A DNA stretch of 32,000 nt from Prochlorococcus marinus subsp. pastoris str. CCMP1986 (GCF_000011465.1 NC_005072.1:300001-332000), one strand, 5' to 3'; positions 1 through 10,462 are shown, counted from the first letter of the stretch. Notes: generated by a model from the letters alone, not told the origin. Made by a program: numbers and translations.

Positions 1-250
1 CAAGATCTCCTGGTTTGAAATTATAATCATACTTTCCTAATAATGATGCAAACTCTTCTTGAGTAAATCCTGCTGTATCCAAATCATTATTTCGTCTGCT
101 TGAAGAAGAATCTGCAGAGGGAATATCTTTATGGTCAAATGATAAATCTTCCTCTTTTGGAGTATCTGAAGTATTTTCTTCTATGGTTGAATTTTCAATT
201 TCTTTTTCGTCTGAAATTTCTTTTACGATTTGGGAAGGATTTTCGATCAT
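1..250 (-). CDS. 30S ribosomal protein S1-like protein (N-terminal part; gene runs off the window's left edge)
   Basis: Hand translation from the ATG (complement of 248-250) is open to base 1: MIENPSQIVKEISDEKEIENSTIEENTSDTPKEEDLSFDHKDIPSADSSSSRRNNDLDTAGFTQEEFASLLGKYDYNFKPGDL. The FTQEEFASLL-KYDY-F-PGD segment resembles the lead-in to the first S1 domain of cyanobacterial Rps1 homologs. Absent from the ORF track because it is truncated. Confidence 0.6.
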   Translation of the reverse strand, partial: MIENPSQIVKEISDEKEIENSTIEENTSDTPKEEDLSFDHKDIPSADSSSSRRNNDLDTAGFTQEEFASLLGKYDYNFKPGDL

Positions 251-357
251 TTGTTAAAACGCAGACCACCTAAGATGGTTAGAAAGAAATGCTTTTAGCC
301 TGCAAACTAAAGAGCAAATTATTTGTACGTTATATTCTACACTTTAGAAGGCTAAAT

Positions 358-837
358 TTATAAAATTGAAGCTAATTCATTTTTTGAACTACCTTTTAGG
401 GACTCAAGAGTGGAGACAAAGTCTTTTACCCCATTAAATTTCCTATAGACTGATGCATATCTTATATATGCAACTTCGTTTTCTTTCCTTAAGCCTTTAA
501 GAATTAATTCTCCAATTTGAGAAGATTTAATATCTTTATTTGAGTCTTGTACGATTTGCGATTCAATTGAGTCAACAAAATTAATAATCGATTCTCTCGA
601 AAATGTTGTTTTTTCGCATGCTCTAGATATTCCAGTAACTAATTTATCTTTATTAAATAATTCTCTGCTCCCATCTTTTTTAATAACAGAAATTGGCATT
701 GTTTCAACTCTTTCATATGTGGTAAATCTAAAGCTGCAATTTAAACACTCTCTTCTTCTTCTGACACTTTTCCCAGTATCAGCAGATCTTGACTCTAAAA
801 CTCTGCTATCTGTATTTTGACAGGTGGGACACTGCAT
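358..837 (-). CDS. nrdR: Transcriptional repressor NrdR (zinc ribbon plus ATP-cone)
   Basis: [18 protein letters not shown]...[20 protein letters not shown] is the classic NrdR zinc ribbon, followed by an ATP-cone. I use the internal Met (complement of 835-837). The 213 aa ORF-track version runs through the terminator and psbT. Confidence 0.9.
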   Translation of the reverse strand: MQCPTCQNTDSRVLESRSADTGKSVRRRRECLNCSFRFTTYERVETMPISVIKKDGSRELFNKDKLVTGISRACEKTTFSRESIINFVDSIESQIVQDSNKDIKSSQIGELILKGLRKENEVAYIRYASVYRKFNGVKDFVSTLESLKGSSKNELASIL

Positions 838-900
838 ATAGTGAATTAATACTATCTTCAACTCTAATAGTAGATTAATATCACGATTATGAAAAGTGGT

Positions 901-937
901 AAAAAAAACCCCCCTATTTATAGGAGGGTTTTTTTTT
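901..937 (-). terminator. Rho-independent terminator downstream of psbT (A8 / GC stem / T9, potentially bidirectional)
   Basis: aaaaaaaa-cccccct-atttat-aggaggg-ttttttttt. This is a 7 bp C/G-rich stem with one mismatch, flanked by A and T runs, starting 4 nt after the psbT stop. Confidence 0.75.
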
Positions 938-940
938 ACT

Positions 941-1039
941 TTATTTTCTGTCAAATTTAGGTGGATCTCTAAAAGCGACTGCAAAAAATAGAGTAACAAC
1001 TGCGAGAGTTAAGATAAGAACGTAAGCAAAAGCTTCCAT
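941..1039 (-). CDS. psbT: Photosystem II reaction center protein T
   Basis: Hand translation gives [32 protein letters not shown] (32 aa), immediately downstream of psbB as in cyanobacteria. Too short for the ORF track. Confidence 0.9.
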   Translation of the reverse strand: MEAFAYVLILTLAVVTLFFAVAFRDPPKFDRK

Positions 1040-1063
1040 GAGAAAAAAATAATAAAGTTTAAA

Positions 1064-2587
1064 TTAAACCCTTCCTGGGATTCGTCTAGTGGTTTCGTCT
1101 CCAAGTTTCTTAAAGAGACCAAATTCAACTTGATCACCTATCTCAGAGTCAATACCAGCAAAGGAGTCTTTGTAAAGTGTTCTCGAAGCATGCCACCAAT
1201 GACCAAATAAGAATAATAAGCCGAAACATAAATGTGCATAAGTAAACCAAGCTCTAGGGGAACTTCGGAATACACCATCAGATTTATAAGTTTCTCTATC
1301 AAACTTGAATGCTTCGCCAAGTTGTGCTTTCCTAGCTAATCTTTTAACTACAGCAGGATCTGTGAATGTTTGACCATTAAGATCACCTCCATAAATAGTC
1401 GCTGTGATGCCAGTTTGTTCAAATGAATACTTTGCTTCAGCCCTTCTAAATGGGATGTCAGCTCTCACATTCCCTTCCTTGTCTTCCAAAATAACAGGGA
1501 AGTTTTCAAAGAAGTTTGGAATTCTTCTAACTTCTAAATCATTGCCCTCTTTATCAGTAAAGGCAATATGACCTTGCCAGCCTGTTGGTAAACCATCTCC
1601 ATTTACAAGAGCACCAACCCTAAACAATCCTCCTTTAGCAGGGCTGTTCCCTACATAATCGTAGAATGCAAGCTTTTCTGGAATTGAAGCATATGCTTCT
1701 TCCTTAGTTGCTCCATTATCAATAGCTGTTTGAACTCTCCTGTTTATTTCAGTTTTGAAGTAACCTGAGTCCCATTGATATCTTGTTGGTCCAAACAATT
1801 CAATAGGAGTGGTGGCAGAGCCGTACCACATTGTTCCTGCGACAACAAAAGATACAAATAGAACAGCGGCAAGAGCACTAGCTAATACTCCTTCCAAACT
1901 TCCAAGCTTAAGGGCTCTATAAAGCCTTTCTCCAGGTCTATTTGTGATGTGAAATATTCCACCAATAATACCCAAAAGGCCAGCTGCAATATGATTTGCA
2001 ACTATTCCACCAGGATTAAAGGGATTAAATCCATCTGCTCCCCAAGATGGTGCTACCTGTTCGACATGACCAGTTAAACCATATGGATCTGAAATCCAAA
2101 TGCCGACATTCGCGCAATGAAAAGCTCCAAATCCAAAGCAAGTAATACCTGATAAGAGAAGATGAATCCCAAATATCCTTGGGAGATCAAGAGCAGGTTC
2201 TCCAGTTCTTTCATCTTCCCATAGATCTAAATCCCAATATGTCCAATGCCAGATTGAAGCAAGCATTAAAAGTCCACTAAAAACAATGTGAGCGGCTGCA
2301 ACACCTTCGAAGCTCCAGAATCCTGGATCAACCCCTGTAGCACCAGTTATATCCCATCCGTTCCAACTACTTGTGATCCCTAATCTCGCCATGAATGGCA
2401 TGACATACATTCCCTGTCTCCACATTGGATTGAGAACAGCGTCTGAAGGATCAAAAATGGCTAATTCATATAAAGCCATAGAACCGGCCCAGCCGGCTAA
2501 TAATGCAGTATGCATGAGATGCACAGCAAGTAGTCGACCGGGGTCGTTGATAACTACTGTGTGAACTCTATACCAAGGCAATCCCAT
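1064..2587 (-). CDS. psbB: Photosystem II CP47 chlorophyll apoprotein
   Basis: 507 aa, [43 protein letters not shown]..., the full-length CP47 signature. Confidence 0.98.
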   Translation of the reverse strand: MGLPWYRVHTVVINDPGRLLAVHLMHTALLAGWAGSMALYELAIFDPSDAVLNPMWRQGMYVMPFMARLGITSSWNGWDITGATGVDPGFWSFEGVAAAHIVFSGLLMLASIWHWTYWDLDLWEDERTGEPALDLPRIFGIHLLLSGITCFGFGAFHCANVGIWISDPYGLTGHVEQVAPSWGADGFNPFNPGGIVANHIAAGLLGIIGGIFHITNRPGERLYRALKLGSLEGVLASALAAVLFVSFVVAGTMWYGSATTPIELFGPTRYQWDSGYFKTEINRRVQTAIDNGATKEEAYASIPEKLAFYDYVGNSPAKGGLFRVGALVNGDGLPTGWQGHIAFTDKEGNDLEVRRIPNFFENFPVILEDKEGNVRADIPFRRAEAKYSFEQTGITATIYGGDLNGQTFTDPAVVKRLARKAQLGEAFKFDRETYKSDGVFRSSPRAWFTYAHLCFGLLFLFGHWWHASRTLYKDSFAGIDSEIGDQVEFGLFKKLGDETTRRIPGRV

Positions 2588-2811
2588 CGGTTAAATTCTT
2601 GTGACAATGCTGAATGAACAGCTAAACATCATGATAGTAAGGGTTTTTTGGGCGTTGAGAGAGTTTTGTAAATAAATTAATTTCCTTAGTAAAACTGGTC
2701 AGATTAACTTGTATCACTTTAGTTTGAGGGAATTTTTAGCAAAAATATGTTAATATTTTGGTCACAATTCTCAAAGTAAAGCGCCAAAATAGATAAAAAT
2801 AACAAAAAAAA

Positions 2812-3174
2812 ATGGCAATTATCAGATTCATCCGTGAAGGAATAGATATCGAATGCAAACCTGGAGAAAATTTGAGAGAGTTAGTAATCAGAGAGAAATT
2901 ACAACTTTATGGATTAAAGGGCATACTTGGAAATTGCGGCGGTGTTGGGCAATGCAGTACTTGTTTTGTTTCTGTTGAAGGGGGAGCGAAAAACTCGCTA
3001 AGTCCTCTAACTTCTGTCGAGGAAGAAAAACTCAATAACAGACCTGATAACTGGAGACTTGCCTGTCAAACTCTCATCAATTCATCAGCGGTAATACTTA
3101 CTAAGCCTCAATCTCCTCCATCAAATTTGAAAGATTTGAAAGAATCTGCTGAAAGCAAAAAATTACCTAGATAA
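2812..3174 (+). CDS. 2Fe-2S ferredoxin-like protein
   Basis: 120 aa with a C-x5-C-x2-C...C cluster (GNCGGVGQCSTCFV ... RLACQT), divergent from psbB. Confidence 0.75.
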   Translation: MAIIRFIREGIDIECKPGENLRELVIREKLQLYGLKGILGNCGGVGQCSTCFVSVEGGAKNSLSPLTSVEEEKLNNRPDNWRLACQTLINSSAVILTKPQSPPSNLKDLKESAESKKLPR

Positions 3175-3279
3175 ATTGTTTAAGACTGTTAATGAGTTAG
3201 TCGACTTTTTGGTTTTTTTCACTTAAATCCTATTTGAATGTCTATAGTCTTATTATTATTATTAAATTTGTCTTTTTAA

Positions 3280-3432
3280 ATGGAAACAACAAATTTTGGT
3301 TTCGTAGCAAGTCTTCTATTTGTAGGAATACCAACTATTTTCCTTATTGGATTATTTATTTCAACCCAAGATGGAGAAAAATCAAGCTTTTATTCAGATT
3401 CTAGCAAAGGGAAACTTGGCCCAAAACGCTAA
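3280..3432 (+). CDS. psbM: Photosystem II reaction center protein M
   Basis: Hand translation gives METTNFGFVASLLFVGIPTIFLIGLFISTQDGEKSSFYSDSSKGKLGPKR (50 aa), the PsbM N-terminal helix pattern. Below the ORF-track cutoff. Confidence 0.85.
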   Translation: METTNFGFVASLLFVGIPTIFLIGLFISTQDGEKSSFYSDSSKGKLGPKR

Positions 3433-3444
3433 ATTAACCGTTTA

Positions 3445-4314
3445 ATGTTTCTTATTTCTGCTGAAAAATTTTCATTGTGGAAAAAAAAACAATTATCAAA
3501 AGGAGGGGATAACCATTCTCTTAATCTTTTGCTTGAATCATTAGGTGGATTATCAAATATAGAATTAAATTTACTTAAAATAAATTTAGAAAAAAATTTA
3601 AATTTTAAAGTAAATTTAGATTTGATTGAGTCTTTTTGGGATAAACACCTTAATACCTCTATACCTATACAATATTTAAGTGGAATCTCTTTTTGGAGGA
3701 ATCTAAAATTAGAAGTTTCAAATAGAGTTCTTATCCCGCGACCTGAGACAGAACTTATTATTGATATTATTTCGGGCATATTCAAAAATAAGGAAGAAAA
3801 AATAACCTTTGTAGATCTAGGAACTGGTTCGGGTGCGATTAGCATAGCTTTAGCACTTGAGAATCCAAACTGGAATGGAATTGCAACTGATATAGATAAA
3901 AATGCTATTAAAATTGCATCGAGGAATTTTGCAACTTATTCTAATCAATCAAATTTGAAATTTTATAATGGAAATTGGTGGGATCCTCTTAAAAATTTCA
4001 AAGGTGAAATTGATTTTGCGGTATCAAATCCTCCATATATTCCGCAAGATACTTATGAAGTCTTACCAATAGAGGTAAAGAATTTTGAACCTAAACTTGC
4101 TCTTTTGGGAGGGCAAGAAGGTCTAGATCATATCAATCAAATAGTTCAAAATGCGCCCCTATATTTAAAAAATAAAGGGTGGTTATTGATTGAGAATCAT
4201 TTTGATCAAGGTGAGAAAGTTAAAAAATTATTTCTTGAAAATAGATTTACTTCTGTAAAAGTTTTAAAAGATTTTTCTGGGATTGGAAGATTTACAATAG
4301 GAAGATATAAATAA
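3445..4314 (+). CDS. prmC: Release factor glutamine N5-methyltransferase (PrmC/HemK)
   Basis: 289 aa. It has a SAM-binding DLGTGSGAI motif and the catalytic NPPY motif (VSNPPYIP). Confidence 0.9.
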   Translation: MFLISAEKFSLWKKKQLSKGGDNHSLNLLLESLGGLSNIELNLLKINLEKNLNFKVNLDLIESFWDKHLNTSIPIQYLSGISFWRNLKLEVSNRVLIPRPETELIIDIISGIFKNKEEKITFVDLGTGSGAISIALALENPNWNGIATDIDKNAIKIASRNFATYSNQSNLKFYNGNWWDPLKNFKGEIDFAVSNPPYIPQDTYEVLPIEVKNFEPKLALLGGQEGLDHINQIVQNAPLYLKNKGWLLIENHFDQGEKVKKLFLENRFTSVKVLKDFSGIGRFTIGRYK

Positions 4315-4334
4315 ATTATTAGTTAATAAAATTA

Positions 4335-4919
4335 ATGAATGTCATAGATCAAAAATTAGCTTTAGAAAAACTAAATAGTGGATCCCCTATAGTTTTTCAG
4401 ACAGATACTTTACCTGCGATTGGATGCTTACCAAAGTTTTCAGAAATGATTTATAAGATAAAGAAAAGAGATATTAAAAAACCTTTAATTTTAATGGGAG
4501 CTGAAAATTTTGAATTTGATGATTTTGTTCATGAATCGGCATTAGGGGATTTCAAATATATTGCTTCTTGTTATTGGCCAGGACCCTTAACAATCATTAT
4601 TCCGTGCTCTGAAAAAAGAAGATCATTTTCATCCACCAGTAATTTTACATTAGGTTTGCGAATACCAAATTCAAAAATGGCTAAATTACTCTTAAAGGAA
4701 AGTGGACCACTACTAACATCAAGTGCAAATCTATCAGGCTTGCCTACTGCTACAAGCGCAAAAGAAATTTCAGTTAATTTGCCTAATGTAAATATTTTAG
4801 GACCAATTCCCTGGGAAAAATGTAGTGGTAAGGCGAGTACAATAATTACTTGGGTGAATCATGGTAAATGGAAAATAATAAGAGAAGGAGAAGTTTCAAT
4901 CCCAGGTATAAAATTATGA
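4335..4919 (+). CDS. tsaC: L-threonylcarbamoyladenylate synthase (TsaC/YrdC/Sua5 family)
   Basis: 194 aa with YrdC-domain motifs: TDTLPAIG, KKRDIKKPLILM, WPGPLTII, TSSANLSG. Confidence 0.85.
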   Translation: MNVIDQKLALEKLNSGSPIVFQTDTLPAIGCLPKFSEMIYKIKKRDIKKPLILMGAENFEFDDFVHESALGDFKYIASCYWPGPLTIIIPCSEKRRSFSSTSNFTLGLRIPNSKMAKLLLKESGPLLTSSANLSGLPTATSAKEISVNLPNVNILGPIPWEKCSGKASTIITWVNHGKWKIIREGEVSIPGIKL

Positions 4920-5092
4920 TTCTTCTTATGTTTTTTATTTCTCTAATACAAATTTTTTCTTACTGGATTTTTGAACCTTTAACATTTTTTTTAACTGATT
5001 TATTTCAGATAAAGTTTTTACCAATTTTTCTTTTATCCCTTTTTACTTTTCTATTTTGGACAAAAAAAGAGGAATCAAATATAGAACTTTGA
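4916..5092 (+). CDS. Small hydrophobic protein (58 aa, two predicted TM helices), hypothetical
   Basis: ATG at 4916 overlaps the tsaC stop (ATGA). MILLMFFISLIQIFSYWIFEPLTFFLTDLFQIKFLPIFLLSLFTFLFWTKKEESNIEL. No recognised family. Confidence 0.4.
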   Translation: MILLMFFISLIQIFSYWIFEPLTFFLTDLFQIKFLPIFLLSLFTFLFWTKKEESNIEL

Positions 5093-5095
5093 AAA

Positions 5096-5167
5096 TGCCG
5101 GCTAACAGATTTGAACTGATGACCTTCGCTTTACAAAAGCGCTGCTCTACCGCTGAGCTAAGCCGGC
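5096..5167 (-). tRNA. tRNA-Thr (anticodon UGU)
   Basis: The reverse complement GCCGGCTTAGCTCAGCGGTAGAGCAGCGCTTTTGTAAAGCGAAGGTCATCAGTTCAAATCTGTTAGCCGGCA folds as a cloverleaf. It has a 7 bp acceptor stem, GCTC/GAGC D stem, anticodon loop TTTGTAA and a TTCAAAT T-loop. No CCA is encoded. Confidence 0.85.
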
Positions 5168-5232
5168 ATAAATTTCATTTTACATACAACTAGGTGGTAT
5201 TTGATAATTTATTAATTTTGATTTTAAAACGT

Positions 5233-5553
5233 TTATTTCTTTTTCTGTGTGTCTTCATTTTTTTTAAATTCAATTTCTCCAGTAAGGGTTCTTTTTATAG
5301 GAAGATTCGCAACTAATGCTGTCATTCTATCTTCGGTTTCTAGACTTACAGCTACTTCCTCAAAATCAATCTCAACATATTTAGCAACCACATCAAGTAT
5401 TTCTTTTCTCATTTTATCCAAAAGATCAGTTGTCAATGAACTCATGTCAACTCTGTCATGAGCTAATACTAATTGCAATCTTTCTCTAGCAGTATTGGCA
5501 CTAGCCGTTTCTCTGCCTAGTAATTTGTTTATTAGGTCTCTGAGAGTCATCAT
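5233..5553 (-). CDS. minE: Cell division topological specificity factor MinE
   Basis: 106 aa, [12 protein letters not shown] motif, directly downstream of minD (2 nt gap). Confidence 0.9.
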   Translation of the reverse strand: MMTLRDLINKLLGRETASANTARERLQLVLAHDRVDMSSLTTDLLDKMRKEILDVVAKYVEIDFEEVAVSLETEDRMTALVANLPIKRTLTGEIEFKKNEDTQKKK

Positions 5554-5555
5554 TT

Positions 5556-6371
5556 TTAAAAAATCTTTGTTTGCATTAATCTCATGAATTTATCTTTAAG
5601 GCTTTTCCCTTCATTCTTTGGATCGATAATTGGAATATCTTTTCCTGTAAGCCTTTGAGATACATTTAAATAGCATTTTTTAGCAGGAGATTTACTATCA
5701 GAAAGAGTAAGGGGTTCCCCTCTGTTTGTACTTATTATTACTTGTTCATCCTCTAAAACAATACCCAGCAATGGTAATGAAAGGATACTTTGAACATCTT
5801 CTATCGAAAGCATTTCTTGATTAGCCATCATATTAGGGCGAACTCTATTAATTACTAACTGTATTGGCTTTATATCAGAAGTATTTAAAATTCCTATAAC
5901 TCTATCTGCATCACGAACTGCAGATAATTCAGGATTTGTAACCACTATGGCTTCTTTGCATGCTGAAAGAGCATTTTTAAAACCATCTTCAACTCCTGCA
6001 GGACAATCTACTAAAACGTAATCAAACTTTTCACTAAGTAATTTACTGATTTGTTTCATATCTTCAGGTTTCATCCAGTCAAGCATCCTAGGATCACCAG
6101 CTGGTAATAGAGCTAAATTCGGCTCCTTTTTGTGTTTAACTAATGCTTGATCAAGACGACAATTCTTGTCTAAAACATCTTGAGCTGTATAAATAATACG
6201 ATTCTCCAAACCTAAAAGAAGATCTAAATTCCTCAATCCAAAATCAGCATCTAACACGGCTGTTGTAGCTCCACTATTTGCTAGGGCAATACCAAGGTTT
6301 GCCGTTAGGGTGGTTTTACCAACCCCACCTTTACCGGAACAGATCAAAATAGTGCGAGTATTTTTCGACAC
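5556..6371 (-). CDS. minD: Septum site-determining ATPase MinD
   Basis: 271 aa with the deviant Walker A motif [10 protein letters not shown] and full-length MinD similarity. Confidence 0.95.
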   Translation of the reverse strand: MSKNTRTILICSGKGGVGKTTLTANLGIALANSGATTAVLDADFGLRNLDLLLGLENRIIYTAQDVLDKNCRLDQALVKHKKEPNLALLPAGDPRMLDWMKPEDMKQISKLLSEKFDYVLVDCPAGVEDGFKNALSACKEAIVVTNPELSAVRDADRVIGILNTSDIKPIQLVINRVRPNMMANQEMLSIEDVQSILSLPLLGIVLEDEQVIISTNRGEPLTLSDSKSPAKKCYLNVSQRLTGKDIPIIDPKNEGKSLKDKFMRLMQTKIF

Positions 6372-6488
6372 AGAAAATGAATAATTTCATAAATAATAAG
6401 CTAGTTTTAAAAAATTGAAATTTTGTAAAAGTTAAGTAATTCTTAAATTTATTACTTATAAATAAATTTATTTCAAAATATTTATTTA

Positions 6489-7151
6489 CTACAAGTTTTG
6501 ATTTAAAAAATAAGGTTTGATAATTATTTTATTGTCTTCCAAAATTGCAATTTCGGGATGTTGACCCTTAGGCTTCTCTTTTGGGCCTATAGCTACAATT
6601 TCGCAGATTCTTAGTTGTAGAGGGTTTAGATAAAGCGAGGCAACAGAAGCATTTTTATTTCCATTTTTTCCGGCGAAAGCAATACCAAATAATTTTCCCC
6701 ATACATAAACGTTATTATTTGCGGAAATAATAGCTCCTGGATTTACGTCACCAATAATAAAAAGATCACCATTTGAAGATATTCGATCCCCTGATCTAAC
6801 CGTGCCTTTGTGAAGTATGTCCTTTTTTAGATATGAAGGATCTAGTGGTAATTGATTTTCAAGGTCTTTGATTTTTAAAAACGTTGAGTTGATTTTTAAA
6901 GACTTTCCACTTAAGACTGTTTCTCTATTATTTGAATAAATATTTGAAAGCTTAATAAAATGTTTTTCAAGGATAAGTTTTAATTTTGCTAATTCGTATG
7001 AATTAATTTTTTCATTTTCTGTAATTAGATTTGCTGCAGCTGGGGCTTCTTTAGTAATTAATTTGTCGAAAAAATTTTGATCAATCTCAAAATTTTTGAA
7101 AGAAAATGATTTTATAAATTCATTAGCAATACCTCTTAAAATTAATTTCAT
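6489..7151 (-). CDS. minC: Septum site-determining protein MinC
   Basis: 220 aa. The C-terminal beta-helix region (GTVRSGDRISSNGDLFIIGDVNPGAIISANNNVYVWGKL) is typical of MinC, and it sits upstream of minDE. Confidence 0.8.
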   Translation of the reverse strand: MKLILRGIANEFIKSFSFKNFEIDQNFFDKLITKEAPAAANLITENEKINSYELAKLKLILEKHFIKLSNIYSNNRETVLSGKSLKINSTFLKIKDLENQLPLDPSYLKKDILHKGTVRSGDRISSNGDLFIIGDVNPGAIISANNNVYVWGKLFGIAFAGKNGNKNASVASLYLNPLQLRICEIVAIGPKEKPKGQHPEIAILEDNKIIIKPYFLNQNL

Positions 7152-8411
7152 TTATACGTTAGCTCTTTCTATTGCAATCTGATCCTCTATCTCTTTTCTA
7201 AACTCTCCTGGATAAATAATTAGTGAAGTATCCTTTGAAGACATTAGTGTATTTATTAAATCTGATTGATTTTCCAATAGGTTCTGATATGTACCATCCC
7301 ATATTTTTAGAGAATTATCAGACTTAAAACCTTTAAAAGATCTTTCTTTAATTCCGCAAAATATCTCTGAATCATAATTATTTAATTTACATTTTTTTCT
7401 GGCAAAAGCTAAGATTTCTAATCTTTTTAATTTTGTGAGAAAACTTATATCTGATGCTTTTAGTAATTTTCTATCAATAAACATCTTACAAAGAGTCTTT
7501 AAAGGTTCAAAAGATTCTTCTTTCCATTTCATTAAATGGAAATAAAATACAATATCATCATTCGCAAGGAAGTCCTTAACCTCAAGTTGGTTAGGAAAAA
7601 ATATCCATCTGCGCATGCTTTCATCTATCCATAAGTCCTTTTTTACGGAATCTTTTTTGATAATTTGAATAATTTTTTCTAAAATCCAAGTAGAAATTTC
7701 ATTGATTCTGTGGTTATAAATAGTTCTATACATCATGTTCCTTAGAACTAAAAAATGTTCTATAGCTATTACTCCTTTTGGTTTGATTGCGATATTCCCA
7801 TCAGGAGAAAAAGTAAGAGCTGAAATAATTCTTTCTAAGTCTACTAATCCATATTTTGTTCCAGTGTTATAACTATCACGAAGCAAATAATCAAGTCGAT
7901 CACAATCTATTTCACTACTAATTAATGTTTTTAAAGGTCTTGAGAATAGGTTTTTAGTTTTAAATAAGTCTCCAATTTGATTAGGTAATTCGGTTCCGAA
8001 ATTCTTAAGAATTGAAGATATAGGTGAATAATTCTTAACTAAATTTTTAGACCATAACTCATGATCATGAGCAAATATAACCTCACTTGTATGACTTAAG
8101 GGACCATGGCCTAAATCATGCAAAAGAGCAGCACCAAAAAGTATGAATTTATTTTGGCTAAAATCAGGATTTATTTCTACTAGTTTTCTATAAATCTTTC
8201 TCGCGACGCAAAATACACCAATTGAGTGTGTGAATCTGCTTGATTCTGCTCCGTGAAAAAGAAGAGAGGCTGCACCTAATTGTTTTATCCTTCTCAATCT
8301 CTGAAATGCCAAAGTATCAATTAGCTGCATAATCATTAATTCTTCTGGTTTGTCTGAATCAATGATTATTTCTTTATGAATTGGATCATGAAAAATTCTT
8401 TTATTGTTCAT
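7152..8411 (-). CDS. HD-domain phosphohydrolase, SAMHD1/dGTPase-like dNTP triphosphohydrolase family
   Basis: 419 aa with motifs RFTHSIGV, LLHDLGHGPLSH and DCDRLDYLLRDSYNTG. Its stop codon directly abuts the minC start codon. Confidence 0.8.
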   Translation of the reverse strand: MNNKRIFHDPIHKEIIIDSDKPEELMIMQLIDTLAFQRLRRIKQLGAASLLFHGAESSRFTHSIGVFCVARKIYRKLVEINPDFSQNKFILFGAALLHDLGHGPLSHTSEVIFAHDHELWSKNLVKNYSPISSILKNFGTELPNQIGDLFKTKNLFSRPLKTLISSEIDCDRLDYLLRDSYNTGTKYGLVDLERIISALTFSPDGNIAIKPKGVIAIEHFLVLRNMMYRTIYNHRINEISTWILEKIIQIIKKDSVKKDLWIDESMRRWIFFPNQLEVKDFLANDDIVFYFHLMKWKEESFEPLKTLCKMFIDRKLLKASDISFLTKLKRLEILAFARKKCKLNNYDSEIFCGIKERSFKGFKSDNSLKIWDGTYQNLLENQSDLINTLMSSKDTSLIIYPGEFRKEIEDQIAIERANV

Positions 8412-8445
8412 AAAATAAAAAATTATCTATTAAAAAAATCTTTTT

Positions 8446-9756
8446 TTAATTTTCAATGTCTTTGTTTTCTAGTTCATTTACTTTATCTTCGACATCATTT
8501 TCATCAAATAAAGCGTTTAGGAATATCTCTGCATTTTTTACCCATTTATCCTCAGAATTGCCGTATTCCCTAGCCTCGGGTAGGCCTAAAATTTTATCAG
8601 GAGTTATACCCTTACCCTGAATATTATTACCCTGAGGTGTTAAATAACTGGCAACAGTAATAGCGATACCACTGTCTTCACCTAAACTTTTCAAAGACTG
8701 AATAAGTCCTTTCCCATAAGTTTGTTCACCCATTAAAGTTGATCTATTATTATCTTGCAGGGATCCTGCCAGGATTTCACTTGCGCTTGCAGTACCTTTG
8801 TTTACTAAAGTCACCATCGGACCCTCAAAAGAAGTATTTTTCTGAGAAATTATTGCATCCTTAATGCCATTTCTATCTTTTGTTTCTACAATTGGTTTTT
8901 CGCTTAGAAATGAGTCTGCAACTGCAATTCCAGAACTTACTAACCCGCCAGAGTTATTCCTTAAATCAAGTATTACCCCCTCAACTTCCTTATCTTTGAG
9001 TTCCTGCAGAGCCTCTTCAATTTTTTTTGGAACACTTTCACTAAACTGAGTTATTCTTAAATATCCAATTGTATGAGAGTCATCTCTCAATCTCTTTGTT
9101 CTTACTGGTCTAAGATCAACTGATCTTCTTTCTAAATCAATTTCTTTAGTCTCATCAGAGATAGATTTAATTTGAACAAGAACCTTTGTTCCAGATTCTC
9201 CTCTAAGTTTTGATGCAGTATTTGCCAAACCTAACTCGGAACAAGATATTCCATCAACCTTAACTATTTGATCTCCACTAATTATCCCTGCTTCTTCGGC
9301 TGGAGATCCCGCTAATGTCGAAATAACGTTGATTTCTTTAGTTATTTCATCTTCTCCTAATTGAAGTCCTACTCCATTTATTTCGCTTCCAAAATTGCTT
9401 GTTTTGAGAAGTTCATAATCTTTTGGCTTTAATATTCTTGTAAAAGGATCTTCAAGAGGTTTCAACATATCTTCAATTGCGGAATAAGCCTCTTCACTTG
9501 TTTCAATTTGTTTCTGTAATGTTTTTTGTCTAATCCTTTTCCACTGGAGTTCATCAAGCCTTTCTGGATCATAATATCCCTCATTTACTAACGTCCAAGC
9601 GTCAAGCACAAATTGCTTGCTATCACTAAGCGCATCGGCGCTTGGAATATAAAAAAAATTGGTAGAAAAAATACAGATCATTATGATTATGATCCATTTT
9701 TTGAATATTAAAAATTTGTTAAAAGATGAATTCATTGGGTTAAGTGTTAACACCAA
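8446..9756 (-). CDS. ctpA: Carboxyl-terminal processing protease (S41 peptidase with PDZ domain)
   Basis: 436 aa with an N-terminal signal/TM, a PDZ region (GVGLQLGEDE...GDQIVKVDG), the catalytic Ser context GTASASEILAG and TYGKGLIQ. The true start may be the downstream Met (MNSSF...). Confidence 0.9.
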   Translation of the reverse strand: MVLTLNPMNSSFNKFLIFKKWIIIIMICIFSTNFFYIPSADALSDSKQFVLDAWTLVNEGYYDPERLDELQWKRIRQKTLQKQIETSEEAYSAIEDMLKPLEDPFTRILKPKDYELLKTSNFGSEINGVGLQLGEDEITKEINVISTLAGSPAEEAGIISGDQIVKVDGISCSELGLANTASKLRGESGTKVLVQIKSISDETKEIDLERRSVDLRPVRTKRLRDDSHTIGYLRITQFSESVPKKIEEALQELKDKEVEGVILDLRNNSGGLVSSGIAVADSFLSEKPIVETKDRNGIKDAIISQKNTSFEGPMVTLVNKGTASASEILAGSLQDNNRSTLMGEQTYGKGLIQSLKSLGEDSGIAITVASYLTPQGNNIQGKGITPDKILGLPEAREYGNSEDKWVKNAEIFLNALFDENDVEDKVNELENKDIEN

Positions 9757-9805
9757 GTAAGTGAATTTTAAGTAAGCTTTCCATATAAAAGCTATTTTTT
9801 TTTGG

Positions 9806-10462
9806 ATGTCTGATTCCTCTTCTGTTTATGACTGGTTTCAAGAGAGACTTGAAATTCAAGACATAACTGACGACGTAACTTCCAAGTACGTACCCCCTCA
9901 CGTAAATATATTTTACTGTTTAGGAGGCATAACTTTAGTATGCTTCTTAATTCAATTTGCAACAGGTTTTGCAATGACTTTTTATTATAAGCCGACTGTT
10001 ACCCAAGCTTATAATTCTGTTAGCTACTTAATGACTGATGTAAGTTTTGGTTGGTTAATTAGATCTGTCCATAGATGGAGTGCTTCTATGATGGTATTAA
10101 TGTTAATTCTTCATGTATTTAGGGTATATCTTACTGGAGGATTTAAAAGACCAAGAGAATTAACATGGGTAACGGGGGTTGTTATGGCAGTTATAACAGT
10201 TGCTTTCGGAGTTACAGGTTATTCACTTCCATGGGACCAGGTTGGATACTGGGCAGTTAAAATAGTTTCAGGTGTTCCTGCAGCAATACCTATCATTGGT
10301 GATTTTATGGTTGAACTTCTTCGAGGAGGAGAAAGTGTTGGTCAATCTACTTTGACTAGATTTTATAGCCTCCATACTTTTGTTCTACCTTGGTCTTTAG
10401 CAGTATTTATGTTGATGCATTTTCTAATGATTCGTAAACAAGGTATTTCAGGTCCGTTATAA
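9806..10462 (+). CDS. petB: Cytochrome b6
   Basis: 218 aa, [13 protein letters not shown]...[15 protein letters not shown], full-length cytochrome b6. Confidence 0.97.
   Translation: MSDSSSVYDWFQERLEIQDITDDVTSKYVPPHVNIFYCLGGITLVCFLIQFATGFAMTFYYKPTVTQAYNSVSYLMTDVSFGWLIRSVHRWSASMMVLMLILHVFRVYLTGGFKRPRELTWVTGVVMAVITVAFGVTGYSLPWDQVGYWAVKIVSGVPAAIPIIGDFMVELLRGGESVGQSTLTRFYSLHTFVLPWSLAVFMLMHFLMIRKQGISGPL

Noticed and set aside
838-999. N-terminal extension of the nrdR ORF (213 aa version).
   Set aside because: The extension runs through the psbT terminator hairpin and overlaps psbT in another frame. The NrdR zinc ribbon begins at the internal Met (MQCPTCQ).
4868-4915. Upstream ATG (4868) for the small membrane ORF after tsaC.
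   Set aside because: The first 16 codons (MENNKRRRSFNPRYKI) lie inside tsaC in another frame. The ATG at 4916 forms an ATGA overlap with the tsaC stop and begins the hydrophobic segment.
5096-5167. tRNA-Thr as an integration hotspot marking a genomic island.
   Set aside because: Both flanks are housekeeping genes (tsaC side and minE side). I saw no integrase, direct repeat of the tRNA 3-prime end, or compositional shift.
7152-8411. HD-domain dNTPase as an anti-phage defence gene or defence island.
   Set aside because: It is embedded between ctpA and minCDE in what looks like conserved core synteny, with no neighbouring defence, mobile or hypervariable genes. It is reported only as an operon curiosity.
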